The notes under the pieces were generated by a model. The model ran no database searches. It was not told the DNA's origin and saw only the letters and a program-made list of their open reading frames with translations. A stretch of DNA of 64,000 nucleotides from Eledone cirrhosa (taxonomy: Eukaryota): assembly GCA_964016885.1 (NCBI GenBank), contig OZ024749.1, forward strand, positions 43,834,001 to 43,898,000, read 5' to 3'. Every line of letters begins with the position of its first letter. The first letter of the stretch is position 1. The position numbers and the translations under genes were made by a program. This document shows, piece by piece, positions 1 to 13,039 of the stretch.

Positions 1-435
1 TCTCAAGCTCGATTGTACCAACGGTTTAATGTGCATGAATTAGCTATATGTTAGGAAGTTGAAGTCTATCTCAAGCTCGATTGTACCAACGGTTTAATGT
101 GCATGAATTAGCTATATGTTAGGAAGTTGAAGTCTATCTCAAGCTCGATTGTACCAACGGTTTAATGTGCATGAATTAGCTATATGTTAGGAAGTTGAAG
201 TCTATCTCAAGCTCGATTGTACCAACGGTTTAATGTGCATGAATTAGCTATATGTTAGGAAGTTGAAGTCTATCTCAAGCTCGATTGTACCAACGGTTTA
301 ATGTGCATGAATTAGCTATATGTTAGGAAGTTGAAGTCTATCTCAAGCTCGATTGTACCAACGGTTTAATGTGCATGAATTAGCTATATGTTAGGAAGTT
401 GAAGTCTATCTCAAGCTCGATTGTACCAACGGTTT
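1..435. repeat. 68-bp tandem repeat, at least 6.4 identical copies, truncated by window edge
   Basis: Unit tctcaagctcgattgtacc...gttgaagtcta recurs at 1, 69, 137, 205, 273, 341, 409. Confidence 0.95.
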
Positions 436-843
436 TATTAGCTAAATGTATTGAAGTAACGTGAAATGAAGTGTTTTGCTCAAGAAAACAACACGCCGCC
501 TGGTCCAGGAATCGAACTCTCGACACTACGATCCTAACTTCAACACCGTAACAATTAGGCTATACGTATGATATTTACAGAATTAAATTATGAATTATAC
601 TCTTCACATTGAACTCAAATCTTCAGTATAGATATACACACTATTCCATTCACAGCTATTTCTCAATCTGGACAACAAGAATTCTGCTTGTATATATATA
701 TATTGTCACAAGTGCAGTGTTTGTACCAGAGTTTTCAAGTCGCTGGCTGGACTAAAAAGTCAAACTCGTTCAGCGCATCGGTAAGCGTTCTCCTACATGG
801 ATATAAAGTAGTGGCCGTACTCGAAAACGAGTTGGCAGCCACC

Positions 844-992
<149 letters not shown>

Positions 993-1078
993 GTTCTTCG
1001 ATATTAAAACATTTATACTCTGCTATGTATTGAGTACCTTACTTACTGTGGTTACCTCCGATTCAACCCGGAATAACT

Positions 1079-1143
<65 letters not shown>

Positions 1144-1394
1144 AACTGTGGATGTGTGTGTGTGTGTGTGTGGATGTGCGTATGTATGTGTGTACGCCCA
1201 ATTGAAACATATCGATCCCCAGTGCTTATTTAAGTACTTGTTTTATAAAAAGACATAAACAAAGCAAATAGGGACAGGTGGAAGGAAAGATGAGGGAGAG
1301 ATGGGAAGGACAAGGGAGGGGAGTTGATGGAAGAGAGAGAGAGGAAGCGATGACTGGCTTCATTCATAAAAGCATTGGTCAACCCGAGCCTATA

Positions 1395-1544
1395 CAGGTA
1401 AAATTCCGTTATAACGAATTTTTCAGTATAATGAAATTTTTTCAATCCCGGCCACACGCTCGACGTGTTACGTCGATCTCGTTATAAAGAATTTTTCGAA
1501 TTTTTTTTAGATCCCGTGAATTTCGTTATAACGGAAATTCACTG
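1395..1544. mobile_element. Tc1/mariner-superfamily (pogo/Tigger-like) MITE
   Basis: TA|CAGGTAAAATTCCGTTATAACGAA ... TTCGTTATAACGGAAATTCACTG|TA. Confidence 0.75.
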
Positions 1545-2227
1545 TAGTTCAAAACACTTGCACAAAGTACGTCGCAGTGGGACTGGACACGAAACCACGA
1601 GATTTCAAAACGAACTCCTTAACCACTCAGCTATACCTCGCCTAACGTATTATTTATTTTATATGTTTATAACTACAGTGTATATATATATATATATATA
1701 TATTGATATATTGGCTCCTCGTGATACCTTTATTTTTACATTAATAATTGCAACTTTTGCATTTCAGACAATTTCCCATCAAATGATTTACTGTTAGTAA
1801 GAAATACAATATCAAATATTTAAGTATTGTACGGTAATACAAGGTGACTTACTTGATTCTATAAAAAAAATATAAAAATAACACATAGATGTACCTATAA
1901 GTATTCAAGGGAAACAACCCTATTAAAATATTTGCTAAGGGAAATAACTCTATCTGATCAAGATTTTTATTTGTTTTACATTTTTAATGCGTTTTTCTTT
2001 TCTTTACATTATATTTATATGTATGTATACTGGGACAATGAATTGGCAATGTCGTTAGAACGTCGGATAGAATGCTTTCCGGTATTCGTTCCGGTTCTCT
2101 GCACGCTGAGTTCACAACCCGTCGAGGTCACTTTTGCCTTTCAAGGTCGATCAAAAAAATACCAGTTCAATACTATGTCATTTCTTCCTCTATATCTCTT
2201 TCTCACTTCTTTTTATGACTCTCTCCA

Positions 2228-2267
<40 letters not shown>

Positions 2268-2271
<4 letters not shown>

Positions 2272-2483
2272 GTATAATAAACAATACAATATAATTACCT
2301 CATTACCAGAGGTTTCCCGAATAAGACGAATACGAAAGAAACGTCCTCATTCGTTCGTCGGACAAGGCAATATATTGATATTGCCTTGTCCGACGAACGA
2401 ATGAGGACGTTTCTTTCGTATTCGTCTTGTTCGGGAAACCTCTGGTAATGAGGTAATTATATTGTATTGTTTATTATACATTA
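2268..2483. repeat. Near-perfect palindrome (106-bp arms, 4-nt loop) with hammerhead-like fold in each arm
   Basis: Arms 2268-2373 and 2378-2483 are reverse complements with one mismatch. Confidence 0.92.
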
Positions 2484-2554
2484 AATTTTGCTCTGGTACT
2501 TACATAGAGCACTCTTCACTCCTATGACTTTTTCAATTTTCAACGGAAACTTCA

Positions 2555-2606
<52 letters not shown>

Positions 2607-2609
<3 letters not shown>

Positions 2610-2996
2610 CTTGACCGACCAGTCTGTCGGGCGTCCATTCGGCGCCGCTGATCACAGCACGTGCTGTTTTAGCTATACGATGACGCCATCCCACTGGCTG
2701 GGCGGGCAGGCCGTAAGTCTAAAGTCTGTCTTAAGCCAGAAGGCTCACTTAAACCGGTGCTTATCCCGGTTTCATGGCGTGAAGCGACTGAGAGTACAAG
2801 ACTCCCCCCTGGACAGGACGCCAGTCCATCGCAGGGGTAAACCTCCAGCTATTGCTGGTTCTCATTTTCAGCTGAGTAAACTGGAGCAACGTGAAATAAA
2901 GTGTCTTGCTCAAGGAAACAACACATCACCCGGTCCGAGAATTGAACTCACAACCTTTCGATTGCAAGCCTATTGCTCTAACCACTAAGCCATGCG
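2607..2996 (-). mobile_element. tRNA-derived SINE, family A (CORE-like ccttgagcaagacacttt block)
   Basis: A/B-box-like head on minus strand; related copies near 445-560, 5697-6015, 16295-16440, 24190-24280, 31690-31860, 34165-34270, 36555-36830, 39870-40080. Confidence 0.8.
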
Positions 2997-4496
2997 TGAA
3001 GAAATTTACTATGTTCAAACTTGTAAAGGCCATGGGCTCCACCAGGATTTTAAAATGCTTAAAAAACGTTGTATGGCACCACAGCACCCCTACAACTCCA
3101 CCAGGGGTTATGAGTTCATTCATACATACACTCACACACCTCGATGGAATTTGAACTCAGAATGTAAAGAACCAGAGAGATGAAGATGAGAGAGAGGAAT
3201 GGGTGAGAGGGGAGAACGAGAGTACGTGTGCGTGCGTGTATCTTTGTACACCTGTGCGTATGTGGTGTGTGTGTCTGTGTGCGCGTATGGCACTCTCAAT
3301 AAAGTATAAAATTATCTTATTGCCTCTAAAATACACACATATAATACAATTCTAATTGTAATTCCATTCACATACTGGATGAGTTATATGAATATTAAAT
3401 CTATATCCCTCAATTCATAGCTGGTAATATATTTTATCGACCCCCGGAGAGATGAAATATAAATTTACCTTCGGCAAGATTTCATCTTGTTTGTACGAAC
3501 GTCTTCGCTCGTTGACAGACAACACAATGCCTGTGAAACTATATAAAAACTTCGTCATCTTTCGAGATGGAATATTTCATATTATTCCTGACGAAGCTCA
3601 AATACAAAAACAAGAAATTTACTAAATGACTTTTAATAAAAAAAATAAAAAAAATGTTTAAATTGCGCTCAAATTGAAATTAAGTAAATACGGAAAATAC
3701 CGAATGAAAAGATTCATGAAAAAATGAATAATTCCGTAATAAATTAATAAATTTAAATATTAAATAATTAATATACATTTAACATTTATTTGTAAACCAA
3801 TTTTTTATTTGAATTTAACATTTAATAAAAAAAATAAAAAAATTTCTTAGATATTATTTTTTTCGTTTTGTTGTTTGTTTGTTTTTAGGAAAAGAAAACT
3901 TGTTGACATTGAAATATATATTTTTCAGATAATCCGGTAGGCTTGTTGTAATGTTTGAGTAAAAATACCAGAACTTTTGATTTATTTGATATATAACAAA
4001 CATTGAGATTCTTGAAAGACCGTAAAACATTGTTGATTTTTTAATTATTGTTATTATTATTATTATTATTTTCCGTCGTAAATCAAGTAAATACATAATA
4101 CTAACATATAACCTAATGTTTGTTGAGTGAGATGGTTACCAGTCAGAGTTTAGCTTTAAGCTATCTTTGTTATTGTATTAAATATTTATGTATATATATA
4201 TATATTATTTTCGGTTTTTGTTGATGTTTGAAGTGTCGTCTGCTTCGAAATATTTCTGTAAATCAGAAAAAATTCTTTCCAATTTCTCAGGACGATTGCT
4301 TTGTTTATTCAATGTCGCGATAATGTTTCAAAGGGAAATGCTAAACTTTGTTAAGTTAGTACGAATAATCTAGTCAAACGAAATAAGATATATGATGTTG
4401 TTTATTATTGATGTTATAAATTTTATGATTTCCCCATAACCAAATTATGTTTGCATCTATATCTTTATATCTTTGATCTGTCACTTTCACTCTCTG

Positions 4497-4534
<38 letters not shown>

Positions 4535-4712
4535 CTGTGTGTGTGTATGTGTGAGTGTGTGTGTGCATAGATGGTTATGCATGTTTACACATAAGTATGT
4601 ATGTGTATGTGTGTGCTTATATGTGTGTGTGTGTGTGTACATACATATATATATATAAATATGTGTGTGGTTTATATTTATATATATGTGTGTGTATGTA
4701 TGTATGTATGTA

Positions 4713-4779
4713 CAGGGTGTCCCCCAAAAATATATACATTCTAATAAATATATGTATATATTTTTGGGGGGACACCCTG
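4713..4779. mobile_element. Tiny Tc1/mariner-type MITE
   Basis: TA|CAGGGTGTCCCCCAAAAATATATACAT ... ATGTATATATTTTTGGGGGGACACCCTG|TA. Confidence 0.75.
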
Positions 4780-5696
4780 TATATTAAGCGTGTGTGTGTA
4801 TGCAAGTATATCTGCATAAGTGTGTGTATGTATACAAGTGTAAATGTACATGTGTGTGTGTATGTGTCAGAAGGACTCAGACAACAGATAATGTATCACC
4901 AATTAGTACACATCATGCTGATCTGTGTTCTGTGTTATCTCCATGTGTATATATATATGTGTATATATGTCTATATATGTGTATATATATGTATATATAT
5001 ATATGCATATATATGTGTATATATGTATATATATATATATGTGTGTGTATATATATGCGTGTATATATATATATATATATGTGTGTATATATATGTGTAT
5101 AAATATATGTGTATATATATATGTGTACATATATATATATATGTGTATAGATATATATATAGATATATATATGTGTGTAAACAGCACACAACCAAGAAAT
5201 TGTATGAGACAGCATTATGAGAGGAAAATTTATATATAGCTATGTGTATATATGTATATATAGATATGTGTATATATGTATGTATGGGTGTATGCATGGA
5301 TGGATGTATATGTATGGATTATGTATATATGTATGTATGGATGGATATGTATGTATGTATGGATAGGTATGTGTATATATGTATGGATATGAGTATATTT
5401 ATATATAGATATGTGTATATATATATGTATGTATGGGTATGTGTATATATATATATATGTATGGGTATGTGTATGGATGGATATATATATAACAGTCTGT
5501 TATTTGTCTATATATTGTCTCATGTTCTACCAAGTGCACAGGAGAGGTTGTCATGTCTTTGACACAACTGAAGGGTCTTCTCAACCCTTTGTTTGGCTTA
5601 TATTTTATATAATAAATCACATGTGTGTGTGTGCCACCTTTTACCATCTACAGGGATATTTTACCCAGTTTTCTAAGCTATTATTTATAGCCGTGA

Positions 5697-6015
5697 AGAT
5701 GCATGACTTAGTGGTTAGAGTGTTGATCTTACAATTGTAAGGTTGTGAGTTTGATTCTAAGACCGGGCTTTGCGTTGTGTCCTTGAGCAAGACACTTTAT
5801 TTCACGTTGCTCCAGCTGTAGAAATGAGTTGTGCTGTTACTGGTGCTAAGTTGTATCAGCCTTTGCCTTTCCCTTGGAAAATATTAGTGGTGTGGAGAGG
5901 GGAGACCTTTATATATGGGTGACTGCTGGTCTTCCACGTAAACACCTTGTCTGGACTTGTGTTTCGGAGGGGAACTTTCTAGGGCATTCACAACCGAAGA
6001 GGGTCTTTACCCTAT
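5697..6015 (+). mobile_element. tRNA-derived SINE, family A
   Basis: tagtggttagagtg head, gtccttgagcaagacactttatttcacgttgctccag core. Confidence 0.8.
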
Positions 6016-6337
6016 TTATAGCAACCGACTGTTACAGTAATATTCTGCATTTGGGATACCCATATTTTCAAATTTTATATCACCCTTCACTTTGATAATT
6101 ACTAAATATATATGTAGAGAGAGGAAGGAAGGAGATTGTGTGTGGGGGGGAGAGAGAGAGAGAAACACAGACATATTAGAAATCTTCAGCTTAACTACGA
6201 AGATATGACCAATCGTTATTTCCATAATAAATGTGTTATTTACAATACAATTGTTCATTAATACAAGTTTGTTTCTTTTTTATAGTTGTTGATTTTCTCT
6301 CTTTCAGGTTAATGACCCTTTGGCTACACAGGACATT

Positions 6338-6380
6338 ATGTTGTCTGTTAACATTAAATCTATAACAGGACAGCTACAAG
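6338..6380 (+). CDS. TEX11: TEX11 coding exon 1 ([14 protein letters not shown]); acceptor at 6307 implies an upstream exon
   Basis: tttcag at 6302-6307, ATG 6338, donor G|gtaata; phase 1 matches exon 2. Confidence 0.7.
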
Positions 6381-6990
6381 GTAATATATATATATAATAG
6401 ATTTATATAAAACAGTATATACAAACAGCAGCATATGTACTGTAGTGTATATATATATATATATATATATAAAATAGTCGTTTTGGAAGCCTCAACAATG
6501 CAGATGGGTAAATCTCTGGGTAACAAAACCAGGTGGTATTGAGAGAGGAGAAGTCAGAGGAAGCATAGAAAGAGACGTAGAGAGCATAAAAGAATGTAAG
6601 AAAGGTGTAAAATATAACAAGAGATAGAGTTACCTTGGAAGCGATTTAATAGTCCCTATCCTTCTCCAACACAACTCTTTCTCCTCAGAAAATCCCCCTG
6701 TTGATGGATGTGAAATCCAAAATATAGGGACAATTAAATCGCTTCCAAGTTAACTCTATCTCTTGCTATTATTTACCCCTTTCTTGTGTTCTTTTATGCT
6801 CTCTACATCTCTTTCTTTGCTTCCTCTGACTTTACCCTCTCTCAATACCACCTGGTTTTGTTACCCAGAGATTTACCCATCTGCTTCGTTGAGGCTTCAA
6901 AATCTCTATTTTTTTATATTCCACAATGCTTCAAGCAAACTTTAACACTCTCATGTACATATATATATATATACACATATATATATTATA

Positions 6991-7072
<82 letters not shown>

Positions 7073-7133
7073 TATATATATATATATACACATACATACA
7101 TATATATATACATACTATAATGATATATATATA

Positions 7134-7179
<46 letters not shown>

Positions 7180-7198
7180 TATATATATATATATACAT

Positions 7199-7231
<33 letters not shown>

Positions 7232-7234
7232 CAT

Positions 7235-7291
<57 letters not shown>

Positions 7292-7306
7292 TATATATAC
7301 ACACAT

Positions 7307-7360
<54 letters not shown>

Positions 7361-7960
7361 TAATTATAGGGTAATTATTGTAAGATGTATGCTGACATGA
7401 AATATTTTTATCTCTTCTAACTAATTGTAACATTCAGATAAGTCATAGATTCCAATTAGAGTTGATAAAGAATCAAACTCTATCAACACACACATACTCA
7501 CATACCCACACACACATAGACATACACACACACACAGATATATATAGATACACATGCACATAGATACACATGTACATAGGTATACATATAGACACACACA
7601 CACATACTCACATACACACACACACAGATATATATATATAGACACACATGCACAGAGATACACATGTACATAGGTATACATGTAGACACACACACATACT
7701 CACATACACACACACACAGATATATATATAGATACACATGCACATAGATACACATGTACATAGGTATACATGTATACATACACACATACTCACATAGATA
7801 TACACATGCACACAAATACGTATAGGCACACACACACACACATTCACATATACACACATGTACACAGATATACATATAGACATTCATATGTATATAATGG
7901 CAACCAAACAGTGAAAGCTTATAATACACACACATCTATTTATATATATATATATGCATG

Positions 7961-8017
<57 letters not shown>

Positions 8018-11000
8018 ATGTATATATTTATCTATTTATTTTGTCTAAAGCTCTGACTGGTGAAATTTGTCGTCTACCTGAAACTAATGTGGAATGGCAT
8101 AACTACATAGAGAAGGCTTTAGAGTTGTGTGACTGTATTCAGGGGTCAGATCTCAGTAAACAAGACAAAACACACGTAAGAATAATTACTGAATTATTTC
8201 CTATTTATCTGTAGAAAGTTGTAAATGTATTCTTTCATAGGAAAAAGTAGCCACTCCTCAATGTTTCCTTTGGTCTTGCCATTGCTGATACTATCTGTTG
8301 GTCACAAATTCTGGCTAAAGGAATCAATAATGAGATCAAACAAAGTAAAACATGTTTCCATTGGTCCTTCTATTGCTGGTACTATCTGTTGGTCACAAAT
8401 TCTGGCAGAAGAAAGGGGCTAATCGTGAGATCGGATGAAATAAAACATGTTTCCATTGGTCTTTCAATTGCTAGTACTATTTGCTGGACACAGCTTCTTT
8501 CTATGCATCAATGTTAGTGTCTGCATGTTTGTATCATCATCATCATTTTATATTATATATAAACAAAGTATTCAATATTTAATATTTATATCTCTAGTTG
8601 GAGTCATCAGCAGTCTCATTGTGGAACCATGCTGTATCATCTAAATTTGGAGGCCAGCTCTCAACACTAGCTAATGCAAAATGTGAGTTTGGGTTTAACT
8701 TTTACTCTGATAAATAATTCTAAGTGTCTGTGATGGTTTTTGCTAATTTACTTCCCCAGGCTGGGGTTGCAAACCCTTTTTTGCATTTTTCAAAAAAAAA
8801 AAAAAATGTATTAAAAATAAAAGGCATATTTTAATCAACTTTGTCTTGTTAACTTTATCTTGAACTGTGCTTTACAACCTGAGCTAAAAGGTACCAATTC
8901 GTCTTTAGCATACAAAGACTTAGATTTAAAAGTTCCCATGTCTTGAGACACATGAGCCAAAGTACTCTAATGATCATGATCAGTTACATCTATCAATACA
9001 TTACTCCAACTTTTGTTGGCAGGTTTCAGGTCCCTGTCGGTTGTCTGCTGCCAGTGAGTTAAAAGATGTACCAGTATGTTTTTGGTGCATGTTGAGTAAA
9101 TGGCACTAAGCCAAACCTCAGTGTAAAAAATAAGCCAACATCTTAAAATTTTGGCACCAAGAAAGGCATCCAGCTGTAAAATATTGCCTCAAAAAGACCC
9201 TCATGATATGTATGAAGCTTGTCATGGGGCCTGCACAGCTAACCCCTATTTTATCAGGGAAATTGGCCTTAAAACACTGGTAGTAGTAATTCACATATGT
9301 TTCTTAAATAAAATTATCAATGTATAATGATATTTCTGATATTCCTTTATTGAGTTTGTCTTTTATAGTGAGGAATCTATCCTTTAAGATGGTACATTTT
9401 TGCAACAATGGCACATCTGATGAAGTCACACTGAGAAAATTAAGCATGGTTTGTAAAATTTCAGTTTTAATCAATTCATTTGTTACTTTTTACTGGAATT
9501 AGTGTATGGGTATATATATATAGTAAAATAACAGATTAAAGTTTAAGCAAAGAATCGCTGCTTTAACGGGACTTTCTGAAACCTATATAAAGAGATACTA
9601 TGGGCATGTGGTTAGAATGTCTCAAGAAAGAACCACTTAACAGATTTTACAGACAAAACCAACCAGCAGGAGACTCGGGGGTAGACCCCAAGCAAGATGG
9701 TTGGATAACATTCATGAACTCAGCTGGTCTCACTTGGGGATCCAGCCAGATCAATTGGAGATGGTTGCTTTTGACAGGACCTATGACCCTCTCAGGAATA
9801 AGTGGTCGAAGAAGAGGATATATAAATATCGGTAGAGGGTCGGACGCCATGCTTTGACGCATAGAGTTACGGCCCTTGCCATTCTGAGTTCAAATCCCGC
9901 CGAGGTTAACTTTGCCTTTCATCCTACGGGGTCGATAAAATAAAGTACCAGTAACACACTGGGTAATTGCTGGCCTTCTGCCAAAAGTAGAAACCATTAT
10001 TATTTGGTTCATTCATGGTTTTTCTTTTTTTGTGTGTGTAATAAGATGTAGATTCATAATAACAAATTTGTTCATGTTAAACCACAAATACTAGTTAACT
10101 AAATTCCATACAAAGAAACAGTTAGTCTTGTAAAATAAATTTGAGATAAAGGTAAAATTGAAAGTTCAATCTTTCATTTAGTTTTAACCTGAAATTTCTT
10201 ATCATGTTAAGGCTAAATATATTTTGATATATGAAATATATCTTCTGTTGTTGACAATCAGTAATTAGTAATTATTGCCAATACATAATTAGTCATTGTC
10301 TAATATTTCAGATGGGACTGAAAACTATACGATCTTGGCTTGGTAAGTTGAAATAAAAGGCTTTTGTTTTCATAAAGAGGATTATTTTTCTATGAGAATT
10401 AGTAAATGATAAATAATGTTATATGCCATCTAGGGAAAATGAATGTTGCAGAAGAATTATAACTTTGTTCATGTCAGTATGTGTAAGGTATAAAATATGA
10501 GATATTTACCATTTATCATTTACTATTATATTTTCACAATAATATTGAATCTATGAGATTTTGATATCATTTATTTTGAGAATGATACCTTAACATCGGT
10601 ATGAGTGGCTGGTTACAGCCAGTTTAAACAGAAAGAGATGAGAGAATTCTGGCCAGATATGGCCGGTTTAAATGCTCTATGCTTGTATTAGGGATGTACT
10701 AATAAGCCAACTGGATTAAGTTATATAATTTAAGATAAGAACTGTAATAACTACCAGAAACATATATAACAATTATTTCATATAATTTATTATATAATTT
10801 CAGATTGTAATTATTCTGACAGGGCTGAGTCAATTTTAAAAGTGACAATGGAGGTATGTTAACTCTTTCGTGGCTGTATTTCTCATAAAAATACACTCTA
10901 TTTCAATTAATTAATAAATAATTTTAAGAGATTTACTAAAGTTAATTTTTCATTATCAAGATAGTAGTCGTGGTTATTGACAATTTTTTCTAGCTGAATG

Positions 11001-12984
11001 CCCTTCCTATCACCAACCACTTCCACTTTACAGTATAGCCTAGGTGCATTATTTTTACCACAAGGGCGATGGATTGGCAGTATCGGTAGAGGGTTGGATG
11101 CCATGCTTTCCAGCATAGTTACGTCCCTTTACGATCTGAGTTCAAATCCCGCCGAGGTTGACTTTGCCTTTCATCCTTACGGGGTCGATAAAATAAAGTA
11201 CCAGTAATGTACTGGGTAATTGCTGGCCTTGTGCCTAAAGTAGAAACAATTATTTTTACCACCAGCTCTAGAGAGATTGTTTTACCAGACTTACTAATCA
11301 TCTATACCGTCTATCAGTTTCTATTCAGAGTGGCTGCTCTCCTAGAAAAGTTGCCTTCCTTGCAGCTTGCGGAGCTCACATCTGCCCTGTTTTTGTAACA
11401 AATGTTTGGGGTTTTTTTAATAAATTTATGTAAAATTATGTTAGATTTTAATTTCAATAGGAACACTTTAAAATAGGTGGTTTTATTTCATAGAACCAGA
11501 ACTGGTTTTGTTCAGATTGATATCAAAAGGGTTAAAATGTGAAAACTTTTCTACGACTGTAAATGTATATATATATGTCTGTATATATATATATATATGT
11601 GTGTATGTATACCTGTGTGATCTAGTGTATATATATAAATATATATACATATATATATATATATGTGTATATATATATATATATAAAGAGAAAGATAGAG
11701 ATACTCTAACTAAACTTTAGATATGTTCAACAGATTAATTCCTGAGTGTGTGTGTATATATATATATATATATATGTGAGTGTGTGTGTACATATATATA
11801 CATATATACACACACATATACATATAAACAAATCTATTTCCATTCAATATGAGAAACAAACAAATAACTCTCTAATAACACTATTTTCTTTTATGGACTT
11901 TTACTACATTTAATATAAATTGTAACTTATTGAATTAAGAAAATACTCAAAATTCTGTATCAAATTACTTTCCTCTAAGATTATATATGTATATATATAT
12001 ATATATTTTTTTTTTTTTCAAAATTACAATTCCCTCTACATTCTAGTAAATTCTAACAGAATGTCAAAAATGTCTTTATTTACTGAACTGAAAGACTTTC
12101 AGATAGTTTTCTGTATGTTTGTTGTTGTTGTTGTAATTTGGGTTTGGTTTTGTTTGGTTTTTGTTTGTCAGATATATTAAACAAGCCTCTCAATTAGATC
12201 ATGTATCATCATCATAACCAGCACCAGCACCACTACCACCACCACTACCAGCATATACATCACATCATCATCATCATCATCATCATCAACACCATTACTA
12301 CCACCAACTCCATAGCCATCTACATCAAACAAAACACCTCTGTGAGATTTAACATTTTGTGATTAGATCTCACACTACTTCTGATCAGGTTTTTCTTAGT
12401 CTTCTTCTACCTGTAGCTTCCATCCACTGAGATCTCCTGGCACTGCTTCACCCAATAATTATCAGCCATATACATTATGTTTCCATATCAGTGAAGCTTT
12501 CTCTCTTCTACACTACGTCTGATTCCTCATCTAACCAGTTCTTTTCTCAGCTCACCCATGCTTATGTATATCATCATCATCATCATCATCATCATCACCG
12601 TTTTACGTCTGTTCTTCCACGCTAGCATGGGTTAGACGGGTTGTCCTGTTGTGGGCAGTGTCTGGTCGGCTGACCATGCCTTGCTCATACAGGAACTGAT
12701 TTGGCTTGATTTCTACAGCTGGATGCCCTTCCTAACACCAACCTCATTTACAGTGAGTGCTGGGTGCTTTTTCGTGGCGCCTACACGTCCACTTTACAGT
12801 GTGGGCTGGGTGCTTTTTTGCCGTGGCACCTCCACGACCACCTTGCGGTGGGGGGTGTGGGGGAATATTGTCTATATGCTTCAGTATGTACCCATGGGAG
12901 GTCGGGTACTCTGTATTACTGCGTGACGCCAGAGATCACGGTCGTGTGTCATCGCCTTTGAGAGGTGTAATTGGGTAAGGTCGG

Positions 12985-13039
<55 letters not shown>

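Noticed and set aside
3588-3620. CTGACGA as another hammerhead core
   Set aside because: No pairing stem II or correctly placed GAAA/NUH downstream
4473-8048. Numerous YI/CV/HT-rich ORFs
   Set aside because: (TA)n, (TG)n and (CA)n dinucleotide repeats
11066-11160. tRNA gene
   Set aside because: B-box-like GTTCAAATCC belongs to a multi-copy SINE head; no complete cloverleaf
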